Shown here: piece by piece, positions 44,122 through 56,178 of the stretch
How positions within the stretch are numbered: the first letter of the stretch is position 1
Layout of the letters: the number at the start of each line of letters is the position of its first letter
The notes under the pieces: generated by a model
Told to the model about the DNA's origin: nothing
Databases searched by the model: none
The model's input: the letters and a program-made list of their open reading frames with translations, nothing else
Made by a program: the position numbers and the translations under genes
DNA from: Diplonema japonicum
Taxonomy: Eukaryota; Protista; Euglenozoa: Diplonemea
Length of the DNA: 64,000 bases
Assembly: GCA_964019335.1 (NCBI GenBank)
Contig: OZ025713.1
Location: forward strand, 436,943-500,942
Reading direction: 5' to 3'

Positions 44122-46683
44122 ATTCAAAACTCTGACCTTTTTTTTTTTTTTTTTAAATTATTCCACTAGGGGGGATGGGGGGCAGAGAAAGTTGAAACCA
44201 TAAAAATTGGGAAGGGAAGGTTAAAAACAGTCTCTCTTACTGAGCCATATTGGGGGGGACCTCTTGCTCGTTTGCTCGACCTCTTGTATATTTTCCTGGG
44301 GCCCCTGACATCCACCTTTCTTATTTTTTCCCCATTCCCCCACCACACAGCTCTTGGGCCTCAAAGGCTTTGGCTGTCACCAAATAAAGACAACCCCAAA
44401 TATTAAAGGATGGTGATGAGATCCCTAATTTTGATTTATCCAGCCACAGGGACCCCACCATCTGCTGGTTTTGTTGGGCTGTGGGAGCCTAAATTATAAA
44501 TTTGAAAAGGAAGTGTAAAAGGAAAAGTCAAGTTCAGAACTCAACTTCCACAAAGAAGGGAGGAATGCATAACTAGAAAAGGAGCCTGGTAGGGAAAAAA
44601 AGAAAGGGAAACCAATGGGGGAGGGAAAAAAAGAATTACTGGTTACTATTTCTAAAAACCCCCCTTCTCAGCTGTGTAAGATGTTTTTCCAACGAGACTC
44701 CCTGTCACGTAATGACGCGGGTGCACCAGGTAGGCTGGTGAGTGCTGTGGAGTCAATCGTCAGCGGGGAGGAAGAGGTTGTGAGAGGCGAAGTAGAGGAG
44801 GGGGACACGTTGGCAGATAACCCACCAGCCTTGGGCTTTCCCCGTGTGCGACAGGTCACACAATGGTGTTCCTTACACCCCTATGCGGTTCTGCCTGCCT
44901 ACCCACCAGAAGTCAAACCTTTGCCAAGAGACTGTGTCACACAATGGACTTACATCCCTTGAGGTGGTCCACCATACTTGACGCCTCCGCTCCGATTCTC
45001 TCTCCACGGGAACCCAGCCTACAACTCTGGTGGCTGGAGGACCCACTTTGAAATCGAACCCCTCACGTGGAAAACACTGTTGTGCACTCTGGACATTTTG
45101 CATTAATCTTGTTTTCTGTCACTAGAATAGGTACTTTGGAGGAATTTTTTTTTTTTTTTGCAAGAATGAGTCTTTGACTTGTCTAAACAAAAGGGGAACG
45201 TTGGCAACGTGTTTTGGGTTGGCAAACTTCTCCAGGTTTTACCCAGCATGTACAAACAATGGCCAGTTCCTCTTTTTTGAGAAAAAATCAATTTCTGGGT
45301 GTTTTTGGGTGTTTTTGACCATTTTTTTTGTGAGGAAAAAAAAAGTTTTTAGGCACTTTTTTGGAAACCTTCGTCCTGCAACAGGAAGATTGATGCCTGT
45401 CTTGCAGCTGTCCTTTCAATGGTGAGTGTGAAGAGTTTTTCCTTTTTAATTTGCAACATTTTGTGATTATGTTTTCAACTTCTTTGCTTCTTATCATTTA
45501 CTCTGGATTTACGATCCAAGAATCGTATTTCAACTATCATTTTGTTTTCTTTTTCTGCAGTGGCTCCTCTGATGAATGGTAGGTATGCACCAGTGCCCTG
45601 ATAAAAGGGTGGGGACCATTTGCGAGTGTGAGATGTTGATGGTGAAGGTGTCCTGAATGCGTTTTTTAAGGGTCACAGGCTGGGGCTCACAGGTGGGTGG
45701 GTTGAGGCCAGGTTAGTTTGCCGATTGGCATCCCATTTGTGGGACCCAACTGATCTGTCTGAAATCCCTTGTTTGCAAGTACCCTTTTTTATATTGTATT
45801 GCAACATACTTGTGATGCCAAGAATACACAGGAGAAAATAGTTGCACCCCATGACCTGCAGGCACCTTCTGAAGCAGTCCCAGGTATTGGTACTCATTCT
45901 CAATTACTCAGGGAGTACCACCTGGGATGTGCAAAGAACAGGTGTGAGAAAGGGTCAAGGGAGGATCAGAAAGCTTTTTCTTTCATTCTTCTCTACTTTT
46001 TTACTTTCGATAAGAAGCAAAGCTGAAAACATAATCACAAATGCCACGTGAAGGCTGTGAGTTGGGTTTTATCCTCCCTTTTCCTCATATGAATTAGTTT
46101 CCACCTTTTCCACTTAAACTTTTTATTCCCCTTTTTCTTTTTTTCTTTTATTCAGGCATCCTGCCACATACTGCAGGTACCCTTAAATGTCTCTTTTTTT
46201 TTTTTCTTTCTTTTTTTTCTTTTTTTTTTTTCTTTTTCCTACATGTTTTCAGTCCTGGGTATGACGTTAAACTGCATCCACTGACGTGTTTGGGCCACCA
46301 TTTCCTGGCCAGGCCGCCTTTCCCGTCGTTCTGTTATTATTATTATTTTTTTTTTTAATTTTGAAAGAACGAAAGAAAGAAAGAAAGAAGATAAGGTCAG
46401 TGTGCAGGAGTGCTCACTGTCAAAGAGGATGGAAGGAAAGAAAAAAGAATAAGAAAAGAAGAATATGATTGATGCTGTGCTGTGGTCAATTTTCTTTTTC
46501 CTTTGCATTCTTCTATGTGTCTTGCTGCACTGGGTGGAAAGGGACACATCTGACCGTGTCAGCAAAGGAAGTGCTTTCTGAAATTCCCTTTTCTCCTCAG
46601 ACCTAAAAGGGATAATTCCCCACCACACGATTCAGAGGTACTACATTGAGAAACGAGATGCAAATAGTATTGTTATTTTTTTA

Positions 46684-47958
46684 GTTCACTCTTTGTCATT
46701 TTCTTCACTCACTAGGAGGCTCATTATTTAACGCAAAACAGCCATTATTTACGCGAAATGGCCATTATTTAAATAATGAGATTTTGCAGTTAAATAATAG
46801 TGCTTCAGAGCGAAAAAATGGGTTTCGTCGTGTTCTCACACCTGTTCTTTGCATGTCCCAGGTGGTACTCCCTGAGTATTGAGAATTACTTTAGTATTGC
46901 CTCTGAGAGGCGTCCTTCCAGGCCTGCCTTCATCACAGCAGACCCGCCCTTCTCGTCCACAATCATTTTGGTGATCTCCCTCGCCTCTGCCAGCTTCAAC
47001 TAGGTGCTGCTGCTGCCTCGCCTTTGCCACCAGCTCTAAGCTGTGGCTGCACACCTCACCCACCTCCCCTCTGACGTTGTTGAGCACCGAGGCCATCCTC
47101 TGCTGGTGCCTCCACTTTTCCTCCAGGCCAGATGTGAGGTCCTCCACATCCTTGAACACTTCATACTGCTACATTTTGCGAACAGGGATTTCGGACAGAT
47201 CACTGTATGGAAAGTAAAACTGCCAGAAAAATCACAAAAAGGGATCAATGAATAAAAGGCTATAAAAATATGAATGAAAACATTGAAGAAATCGAAAGTA
47301 AAAAAGCAGAGAGGAATGAAAGAAAAGCTTTCCAGTCCTCCCTTGACCCTTTCTCACACCTGTTCTTCACACATCCCTTATTTAAAAAATAGCTATTTAT
47401 TGCCAACAAATAATGAGTCATTATTTAACTCGAGTTCCCGAATTTTTTGCACGAGGGCCCACAGGGCCCGAGTGCAAAAAAACGGTAATGAGTGTTAAAT
47501 AATGGCTCATTTGGCGGCAAGTAAGTCGTTTTATTTCACTTTTCGTCATTTGAGTCACTTACTCTTCACTGCTTTCACTGCTGTTTTTTTTCACACAGGT
47601 CAGCTTTTTGGGGATTTTCCTAAGGTAATACAGGGTAGCTATTTCGCCGTGGCATTTAAAGGGGAAGTAAGGCACTTATTCCCACTTTTAAGGGCTGGAA
47701 TGGCCTCAGATGGCCAAAAATAGTCAAAATACCCCCACCCCAAAAAAAATTTTTCAAGGGGTTGGGTGCATTTTTTTCCACGACAAGACCCATTTTTTCA
47801 CTCTGAAGGGCCATTATTTAACTGCAAAATCTCATTATTTAACTAGTTAAATAATGGCGATTTCGCGTTAAATAATGGCCGTTTCGCGTTAAATAATGGC
47901 CATTTCACGTTAAATAATGAGGCCCCTAGTGAGTGAAGAAAATGACGAAGAGTGAAAT
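46684..47958. repeat. ~150-180 bp inverted repeat pair with 22-bp subrepeats (MITE/foldback)
   Basis: 46684-46832 is the reverse complement of ~47779-47958 (ccattatttaacgcgaaa subrepeats). Confidence 0.75.
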
Positions 47959-48085
47959 AAAAAAAAAAAAAAAAAAAGAAAAAAAAGTCCCAGGTGGTAC
48001 TCCCCAAGTAATTGAGAATTACTTTAGTTATTGTGGGGGCCAAAAAAAAAAAAAAAAAAAGGAAAAAAAAAGGAAAAAAAAGAAA

Positions 48086-48565
48086 ATGGGGAAAAGAATA
48101 CAGAACTGCTGTGAATGCCTCCGTGAGGGAGTGCTAATGGTGGTGGTGGTTGCAGAGCTAATGATGTTAACAGGGGTAGTGGTGTCCTGGGCGGTGGGAG
48201 GTGGGGGAACAGAGATGGTTAACATCGGAGCAATAGTAGGGGTTGCGTTATGCTTGCTCAGCTTTGGGGCTATGTGGAACAGGAAAAAATCAGTCACGTG
48301 TCAAATTATAGGGCTTGTAGGACTATGGGCACTGACAATACCAGCAGGTCACTCCACAGCTCTACTGGTCAACTGCAGTAAGCAAACAGACTCTTGCAAG
48401 CCTGACGCCGTTAAGGCCATCTCAGCAGGCCTTGCGTCGCTCTGTCATGTCCTTTACATCTACCTTCTCCAAAAGAAACCCCGGGCGAAAAAAACCGAAA
48501 TAAGCAGGCGAGAGGAAGCACAGCGTGACAGTGAAGATATAGAAATCGAAGAGGAGCGTGCATAG
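48086..48565 (+). CDS. Small multi-pass membrane protein (about 4 TM)
   Basis: ATG after a purine tract; four hydrophobic segments and a charged tail. Confidence 0.65.
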   Translation: MGKRIQNCCECLREGVLMVVVVAELMMLTGVVVSWAVGGGGTEMVNIGAIVGVALCLLSFGAMWNRKKSVTCQIIGLVGLWALTIPAGHSTALLVNCSKQTDSCKPDAVKAISAGLASLCHVLYIYLLQKKPRAKKTEISRREEAQRDSEDIEIEEERA

Positions 48566-48854
48566 AGTGTGTTGTTTGTGTGTGTGTGTGTGTGTGTGTG
48601 TTTTTATTTATTATTATGCCCTTTTTTTTTCTCGCCCTCATTTCTCCAGTGCATTCCCCCCCCCCCCTTTTTTTTCCATATTCTAACACCCACACTTTTT
48701 CTTTCTCCATACACCCCTTTTTTTTGTTTTCCTTTTGATCGTGCTAAAATTCTTTTTAAAAAAAAGCAACAATAAACGAGGGGGGAAAAAAGTGAGAACT
48801 TTATAATAATAAAAAACTCGATAAGATTTCAGTGTGCATGGGGGTGCTCACTCA

Positions 48855-48890
<36 letters not shown>

Positions 48891-50035
48891 AAAACACACA
48901 TGCACACACCGAGATAAACTTTTCTATTTTCAAAAAAAAAAAAAAAAATTAAAAAAAGAGGGAGGATAAAACCCAAGAAGTTTTCAAACCTTTTTTACAG
49001 CCCGATGTGTGCAAGCCGCAAGGCACAGTGGCTAGACCACCAGAGGGGCACCATGTTGCGCACACGGAGGCCAAGGAGGGTAGGAAACGGTGCAGTGCAG
49101 CATCATGCGTCTGCAAACCATGTCAGAGGCAGGCATGGGTTCCAACGTGAGGCAGCTGTGAACAAGATCGCCCAGGAGGTGTGGGAGGGCAACATCATGG
49201 GTCCCTACGGAACCAACACTCGCCAACCTCCTCCGATGGGTCCCTGAGGCGAAGGTTACCCTCAACGACACCCGGCTGTCATCATCTTTCAGATGTTATT
49301 ACCATATCCTCAAGCGGCATTACCGCAGCTGGAAACACAAGCATGATCCTTGTGAGGTGTATGCCATCCGTCTCGACGGCATGGTGACCTTCTTCAAGAT
49401 GGACATGACTCGTGAGGAGATCGAAGCAGTGTGCACAGCACCATCCCAGAGCAAACTAAGGGTGTGTACTTAGTCAACAACAACAATATCAACAGGTCGA
49501 CTTTGTTCCATCTGATGCATTGATTTCTGGTGAAGACTATGGGGTGAGCTTGCTAACCCCTAGGAACAGACTGTGGTTTGTCAAGAAGATGGCATGCATT
49601 CGTGCCAGAATCCTAGAGTGTGAGGCAGAGCCACCAACGTCATTCAAGTCGGAAACGTTAGGAAGGATGCTAACCCTGCTAAGCTGGTGATAGAAGTAGT
49701 TTTGAAGAGATCAACAGGTGTGTTGATCTCCTTTTTCTTTTTTTTCTCTCCTTTCCCTTCTTATACACAAACAGTCCGACCTTACATTATTTCATCGCAT
49801 CACAGGTACTACACAACATGTGCACAATACATACAGTTATCAATAACTGTATCTAAGGTCTATAAGCTTCGGGATGTATTTTTCCATCTTCATCACAAAT
49901 CAGCTTGTCGTCGTACGGCCCCTCATTGTCTTCCTCTTACCCGTTTCTTGTTTCGAGTGATTTAACTAATGCTGCTCCCAGCAATCAAAACAGCAAAGAG
50001 AAACCCCATCATAAAAAAAAAAAAAAGAAAGAAAA

Positions 50036-51030
50036 ATGAAGTGCCTTGCTATGATGCTTGCCCTTCCTGTGCTGATATGCGCACAGCAACCCACAAAAGG
50101 CCTCCCGATACCGCAATTCTACACGACTTCGGACTGCACTGGGAACATCGATGCGCAATCCCGCCTGTGGTCACAGCCGGCAAAGCACGGTGGTGATGTG
50201 AAGCCCTTCGCGGTGGACGGTTCGTATATGCAGACATGGGCAATGGAGACGTGCATGACAGACACGACAGTGGCATACTCTGTGATGCTGTCGGTGGACA
50301 CAACGGCGTGCAAGTCGGGCGACAAGACGAAGCAACTGGTGCTGAGTACTGGCAAGCAAGCAAGACGTGTCTCGGGGCCCCCACAACGACAACGCCGATG
50401 ACAATGTCGCAGTGCGTGGCATACGGACGGGGGTCCGTGAGGTTCTCACCCACCATCAGCGCGGACGACTTGTGCATCGGTACAACCTGGATTTCAGCGG
50501 TGCGAGGGGGCGGCATCATGACAAAGAGCTGGCTCAACAACGATTGCTCAGGCACACCGCAAAGCAGTATGGAGGATAAGGACAACCAGAAGGAATGTGC
50601 GACTGAGCCAGAATGCTCTGGGTGCTGCCGTGAGTACAGCAAGTGCAAAGCAGAGAACTACACCAGATCTGTTATGGCTTGCAGAAAAGTGGGCAGTGGG
50701 TACGAGTACGCGTTTGCAGCGCCCGGGTACACAGACAGCACCTGCACCACGCTGGACAAGTCCGCAGTGCTGGGCTTGCAGAAGATCGGTTACGACACGT
50801 GCGTCTCAACCATGGTGAATGGGCTGAACATCTCGCTGCGTCTCAGCTTCGTGGCACCCCTCACCGTGGACCTGCAGTGCCAGCTTGTCGATATGCTCCT
50901 CAGGAACAACCTCGATGACGGTGTGTTGTCCTGGGCCGCTTTCACTTCGCTCATCAACCCTGCGGCTGTGGCCTCCCCTGCCCACAGCCTAGTGGTAGGC
51001 ATCGTTTTGCTGTTCACCGTTTTTTTCTAG
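50036..51030 (+). CDS. Cys-rich secreted/GPI-anchor-like surface protein, one frameshift near 50330-50360
   Basis: Signal peptide MKCLAMMLALPVLICA in ORF 50036; Cys-rich body and hydrophobic C-terminus in overlapping ORF 50236. Confidence 0.65.
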
Positions 51031-52260
51031 AAACCAAGAGTTCGGTATTTGTCAGGAGATCCCAAATTTCCAAAAGAAAGAAAAAAGAAAAAGAAAAAAA
51101 CAGTACTTTCTGCAAGACTTTAGTTCCTGACATCCCAATTTCTTGGTGGTTTTTCAATTCCAGAGTCATTTACATTAGTCAATGACAAATACCAAATAAA
51201 ACAAGCTACTGTAAAGCGAAAAATCCCGGGGAGAAAAATACCGGAGAGTGATAAATCCCTGGGGGAAAAAAAAAAAAGCCCAGACATTTTTCTTCCCGGC
51301 ACCTTTTTCACTCTTACAAAAGGTTTTTTTTCCCCCTTTTTCTTTTTTTTTTTAAATAAATAAACCTCTTTTTTTTCAGGCTGGCTAGACCATTCTCTCT
51401 TTTTCTACTCTTGCTATGAAAGAAATGGAGGAGAAAAAGTGCGGAACACCTTCGTGCTTCTTGTCTTCCTTTAATCCCTCCCTTCTTCCTTTCTTTGAGA
51501 AAAATCTTTTTCCAATGCAGCAAACTTCAGTTTATTTTCTTTTCCCATACTTCCTTTTCGACCGTCTACATTCGATTCTCCTTACGAGTACCTGTACCTA
51601 GATTTGTTTCACACAAGTTTGTAAAATTCCCACCGGAATAAAAGGGTATTGCAAATTGCAAACAAGATCCTAGGTAGTAGAACTCAATCCTGTCTCTGAT
51701 TTTCTTTTCTTTCCATTGTGATAACACAACACAATTGTTCAACAATAAGTAAAAACGAAAAGAAAATGAAGTAGAAAACTTAAGAATGCCAAGTTTCCTC
51801 TAAGTTCAGTAAATAGGCTGCTTGGCCAAATCCTCTCAATGGTTTGAACTGCTACAGTTTCGGCCAACGTCCTCCAAAATTTCTCCCCCACAGGCCATTC
51901 ATCTGTGGTAACGAGGAAATTTGGTGGATCCCCCCCCCCCCCCCCCCCCCAGAAAGGTCTTACCGGAAGGTTTCTTTTTCTTGCTCCTCGGAGCTTTTCC
52001 TTTCTACAGTATTAAAAAAAAAATATATAAAAGATAAAGAAGATTGGTCTATAACTTTATACCAGACGTGTGTGCCGTGTGAAAAAGCCTTTTTTGAAAA
52101 AAGAAAGGAAAAGACCAAATCATCCCCCCTCCCCCCCAACCCAATTGCGGTTAGCTGTTTGGAGCCGTTACCTCCCTCTTCCTTCCTTTCTCCTATTTTC
52201 AAATCTTGCCTTCCTGTGTTCCTTTCATGTTCTATCACAAAAGGAGGGGAAGCAAGCTAC

Positions 52261-53548
52261 ATGATGGAACACAAAGCTGCGCCCGTGGCGTTGCAGGTGA
52301 TGCTCCCCAATTCTGTGTTCGTTGCTGTGCATGCAGAGGGGGTTGAGAGAGTGCTTGATGTGAAGGAGAAAGTGGCACAGGCAGTGGGTCTCCGAATTGA
52401 CAGTTTTATGTTAACCTTTGAAGGCGATGAGCTTGCTAATGGTGTGAAGGTCATGGATCTGCCATTTGTGGACCAGAGCGAGCTTGTCCTGACGATGACA
52501 GACGACTCCAGTATTTCAGAAACACTAAAAGAGCTCCACGAGAAGCTCAAGGTGGCACAGGTAAACGGTGGTGACAACTACAGCGTGGCCAAGGTGCTCT
52601 TTGCTATGGGCAAGGCTTGCTTCAAGGAAGCCGATAAAACCCCAAAATACAAGGATCGCTATGCACCAGCTTTAACATACCTCACTGAGTCTGCTGAAGT
52701 ATGGAAGCAGCTTGACAACGATGAAGGTGGGATGCACTGCCAGTACTACATCGCACGAACGCACCGCTACATGGGGAACCTCGACCTTGCCCTTACCTAC
52801 TCCACGCAAGCTGCTGATGCTGCAAGACGACTCAACGACCATAAGACTCTCATGCGGTGCCTCAACGACCTGGGGCACATCCACTCCGACAGGCTCGACT
52901 TCGCCTCTGCGCTGGTGGTGTACAAAGAGACCATCATTGTTGCGAAAGACACATCCGGTGCAGACCACATCGGAACGGCCATGCATGAGGAACTTAGCAT
53001 ACTGCTACAGAGAAATGCGGAAGTACTCCGCCTCGAGGACGTGCTATTCTAAGGCGGTGCTGATCTTCAAACGTGTTCTGCCCGACGGAGACCACGCCTG
53101 CATAGCCTCCTGCTACGAAAGCTTGGCAGTGGTGTGCGATAGGGAAGGCAAGTACACCATGGCCTTGGAAGCATGCGACAAGGCTGTGGAGATGTGGAGG
53201 CGGCTGCGCCCACACGAAGGCGGCGTGGCCCCCACTTTACTGCAAAGACGTGGCGAGCTACACGAGCACAAGGGGGACTTCAAGGCGGCACTAATAGATC
53301 TCGAAGAGGCCCTGCAGTTATACCCTTCCTCTTCCCTTAAGCACAGGGTAAAGATCCACTACGTCATGGGACACGCCTGCAGGAAGAGTGGTGACTATCG
53401 CTCCTCGGTTAGCCACTACGAGGAAGCTGTAATGATACAGCGAAAGCTGAACCCAAACGCAGTTGCTACGATTCTCCATCATCTTGCCACTGCTTACGAA
53501 CTAAAGGGTGACAGCGATGCTGCGCTGCGATGCAGCCAGGAGGCCTGA
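52261..53548 (+). pseudogene. UBL + TPR repeat protein, frameshifted by a 4-bp duplication (catgcatg at 52980-52987)
   Basis: UBL (LQVMLPNS..VLDVKEKVAQ..LTFEGDEL); TPRs (CLNDLGHIH, YESLAVV, HYVMGHAC). Removing catg joins the ORFs as TAMRNLAYC. Confidence 0.75.
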
Positions 53549-54048
53549 GCTACACTGGAGTGAGCACGATGCAACTAACCCCCGACCCCCGTTGGAAGGC
53601 ACGGCTATCACTTTTTCTATATTCTACAACAAACGAACCAGCCCACTCTGCAGTCTGACGCTGCATCTTTTATTTAAATTTATTCTTCTCTTCTGGTTCT
53701 TGGTTTTGACTCATACCTATCATACATCATATAACCCGATGAAAGACATCAAATTCCAAGGAGGAAAAAAAAAAAAAAGAAAAAAAAAAAAAAAAAAAAA
53801 AAAAGCACCTGCCTCAGAGTATTATCGAAACATAGAAGTATTCGCTGGCTTCCATATTGTGGATTTCTTTTTAGCGAAAATTCTTTTGGTCGATACCATA
53901 TATTACCCAAAGAGGGGTGCCACACGCACCAGCCTGTTTCATTTGAACCAAACTGGCAGCAGCCTTGAATACCACCGGTTTATTTAATGTGATGTATGTG
54001 TTACGTATTACAATTTCAGTTAACTAGTGATATTAGAGAAAAAGAAAA

Positions 54049-56178
54049 ATGATACGCCGAGTCTTGTTATTCGTTGCTGTCTTGAGCTGTGGGGCAGCAA
54101 CAGCACCTATGCCCCAACAGCTGCACATCGCATACGGGAACACAACCGACTCCATCCTCGTGCAGTGGGCGGTACCGACGAAGCAGCCGAAGGAGCTACC
54201 TGTGCCTGTGTTGAGGTACGGGCTTGCCAACGTCCCCCCTGCCCAGTGGACCGCTGTCCCACCGCAGCATACTATTGAGGGGCCTGGTTCATACTTGAAC
54301 TACCGTGCGCTCATCACAGGCCTGGCCCCTGGGGCAAAGTACCAGTACAGCACCGGCTGGGAAGGGACAGAGGAGTCGCAGGTGGTGTCTCACTTCACGG
54401 TGACCCCCAGGGACGACCTCAGCTTCGTCCCCAGGATGGTCTTCTTTGGTGACCTTGGGTGGACAGACAACCAGATCCTCCCCCTGCTGCAGGAGGAGTG
54501 CGAGGCAGGGGCTGTCGACACGGTAGTGATGTACGGAGACTTCGTGTACTGGGACAACGGTGAGAACGAGAACGCCTTCATGCGGGACCTGAACCGTGCT
54601 AGCGCTAACGGGTCTGTCCCTGTGATGGTGTGCCCTGGGAACGGCGACTATGACGATGGCAAGTACACACGCTACATGCAGCAGTGGGCAATGCCCAACT
54701 GGGAACAGACGCAGAGTATGTACTACAGCTTCAACTCCGGTAGAGCACACATTGTGGCGATCAACACTGAAGTGATTGAGTGGGGCGTCCCATACCCTCA
54801 GCAGAAAGCAGCGATGCTTGCCTGGCTTGAGGCTGACATGAAGCAGGCAAACACGGACAGGGCGACAAGGCCGTGGATCATCGTTCACTTTCATAGGCCC
54901 GCTTACAGCACAGGCGCTACGCAAGTCACCCCGTACCAGGTGTTTGAGCCCCTTATGTATAAGTACGGCGTGGATATCATATTCTCAGGGCATGTGCACA
55001 ACCAGGAGCGCACTCTTCCTGTTTTCAACAAGACCGTGCAAGCCGGGCCCGATGCCGCACACCCATATGCTGACGCCAAGGCGCCTGTGTACATTGTAAG
55101 CGGGAACCCTGGCAACGCAGAGGAAACCAACTACTTCGACAGGGGATTTGATGCGTGGACCGCATGGAGGTCGTACCACTTCGGTTACACACACGTCACG
55201 GTTGAGGATCAGAACACGCTCTCTGTGGACTTCATGTCCACTAACCTCGGTGGTGCCATCACAGACGCCTTCCAGATCACTAAGACAAAGGCCTGCAACT
55301 TCGGTGAATGGTGCACGCACACTGCAGCCACCATCGTCACCCCCACAAACAACGCTTCTTCCGTAGTGGCCGCGAAGCTCCAGAAGGAATGGCAGGTTAA
55401 AAACGATCCCGGGACAGCTATCCCTCCTACGCAGCTGACTGCTCTTAAAGACTTGTACACAGCAACAAATGGACAAAACTGGAGACACAATACGAACTGG
55501 ATGAACGGGAAGGACCCCTGCGATGGGAGCGCACCTTGGTACGGTGTGACGTGTATCAAGGTGACGGAGCGCACACTGCAGCACCTGTGGACAAAGGTAG
55601 GCGTTACTGCGATCCAGCTTCCTTCGAACAACTTGGCCGGGCCCATCCCGCCAACTCTGGGGACGGCGCTTGCCGACACACTGCAGATGCTGGACTTGTC
55701 AAGCAACTTTCTGGTAGGTGTGCTTCCTCAGAACCTGCTCCGCGGGCTGCCGTATCTGCACACACTATACATCGAGCCGCAGACTGGGGATGACAAGTAC
55801 GCCTTGAAGGGCACACTGCCAAGCGACATGGGCCTGACAACAGGGATCCCGAACCTGAGGTACATGGGGTTGAATAGGAATGCATTGACGGGTCCTATCC
55901 CTGCGTCATGGGGGGCGCTGCAGTGCCATTACACAACAGCCACAGGCGACAACACGTTGTATGACCCCACCCTTGGTGGGGAGGTGGCGTGTCAGTTGTG
56001 GGCTGTGGGTAACAACTTCACTGGGGGTATCCCTCAAGAGTACTGCCAGAGGTCCTATGCTGAGATCTATATTAATGGCAACCCGCTCATGCAGTGTCCT
56101 GGGGGTTCCCCGCCTTGTGTTGATATTGATTTTATTGAGTGGCCTGAAGGCTGCCGCAACACCTGCAAGAAATGCTGA
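54049..56178 (+). CDS. Secreted purple acid phosphatase-like metallophosphoesterase fused to plant-type LRRNT+LRR
   Basis: Signal peptide; PQQLHIA; GDLG, GDFVY, GNGD, HRPAY, GHVH; ALKDLY..W..DPC..WYGVTC; NNLAGPIP, NALTGPIP. Confidence 0.88.
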   Translation: MIRRVLLFVAVLSCGAATAPMPQQLHIAYGNTTDSILVQWAVPTKQPKELPVPVLRYGLANVPPAQWTAVPPQHTIEGPGSYLNYRALITGLAPGAKYQYSTGWEGTEESQVVSHFTVTPRDDLSFVPRMVFFGDLGWTDNQILPLLQEECEAGAVDTVVMYGDFVYWDNGENENAFMRDLNRASANGSVPVMVCPGNGDYDDGKYTRYMQQWAMPNWEQTQSMYYSFNSGRAHIVAINTEVIEWGVPYPQQKAAMLAWLEADMKQANTDRATRPWIIVHFHRPAYSTGATQVTPYQVFEPLMYKYGVDIIFSGHVHNQERTLPVFNKTVQAGPDAAHPYADAKAPVYIVSGNPGNAEETNYFDRGFDAWTAWRSYHFGYTHVTVEDQNTLSVDFMSTNLGGAITDAFQITKTKACNFGEWCTHTAATIVTPTNNASSVVAAKLQKEWQVKNDPGTAIPPTQLTALKDLYTATNGQNWRHNTNWMNGKDPCDGSAPWYGVTCIKVTERTLQHLWTKVGVTAIQLPSNNLAGPIPPTLGTALADTLQMLDLSSNFLVGVLPQNLLRGLPYLHTLYIEPQTGDDKYALKGTLPSDMGLTTGIPNLRYMGLNRNALTGPIPASWGALQCHYTTATGDNTLYDPTLGGEVACQLWAVGNNFTGGIPQEYCQRSYAEIYINGNPLMQCPGGSPPCVDIDFIEWPEGCRNTCKKC

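Noticed and set aside
49000-49480. Possible gene or TE relic (also 56740-57020 and 60690-60920)
   Set aside because: Coding-like composition but interrupted, with no motif I can assign confidently
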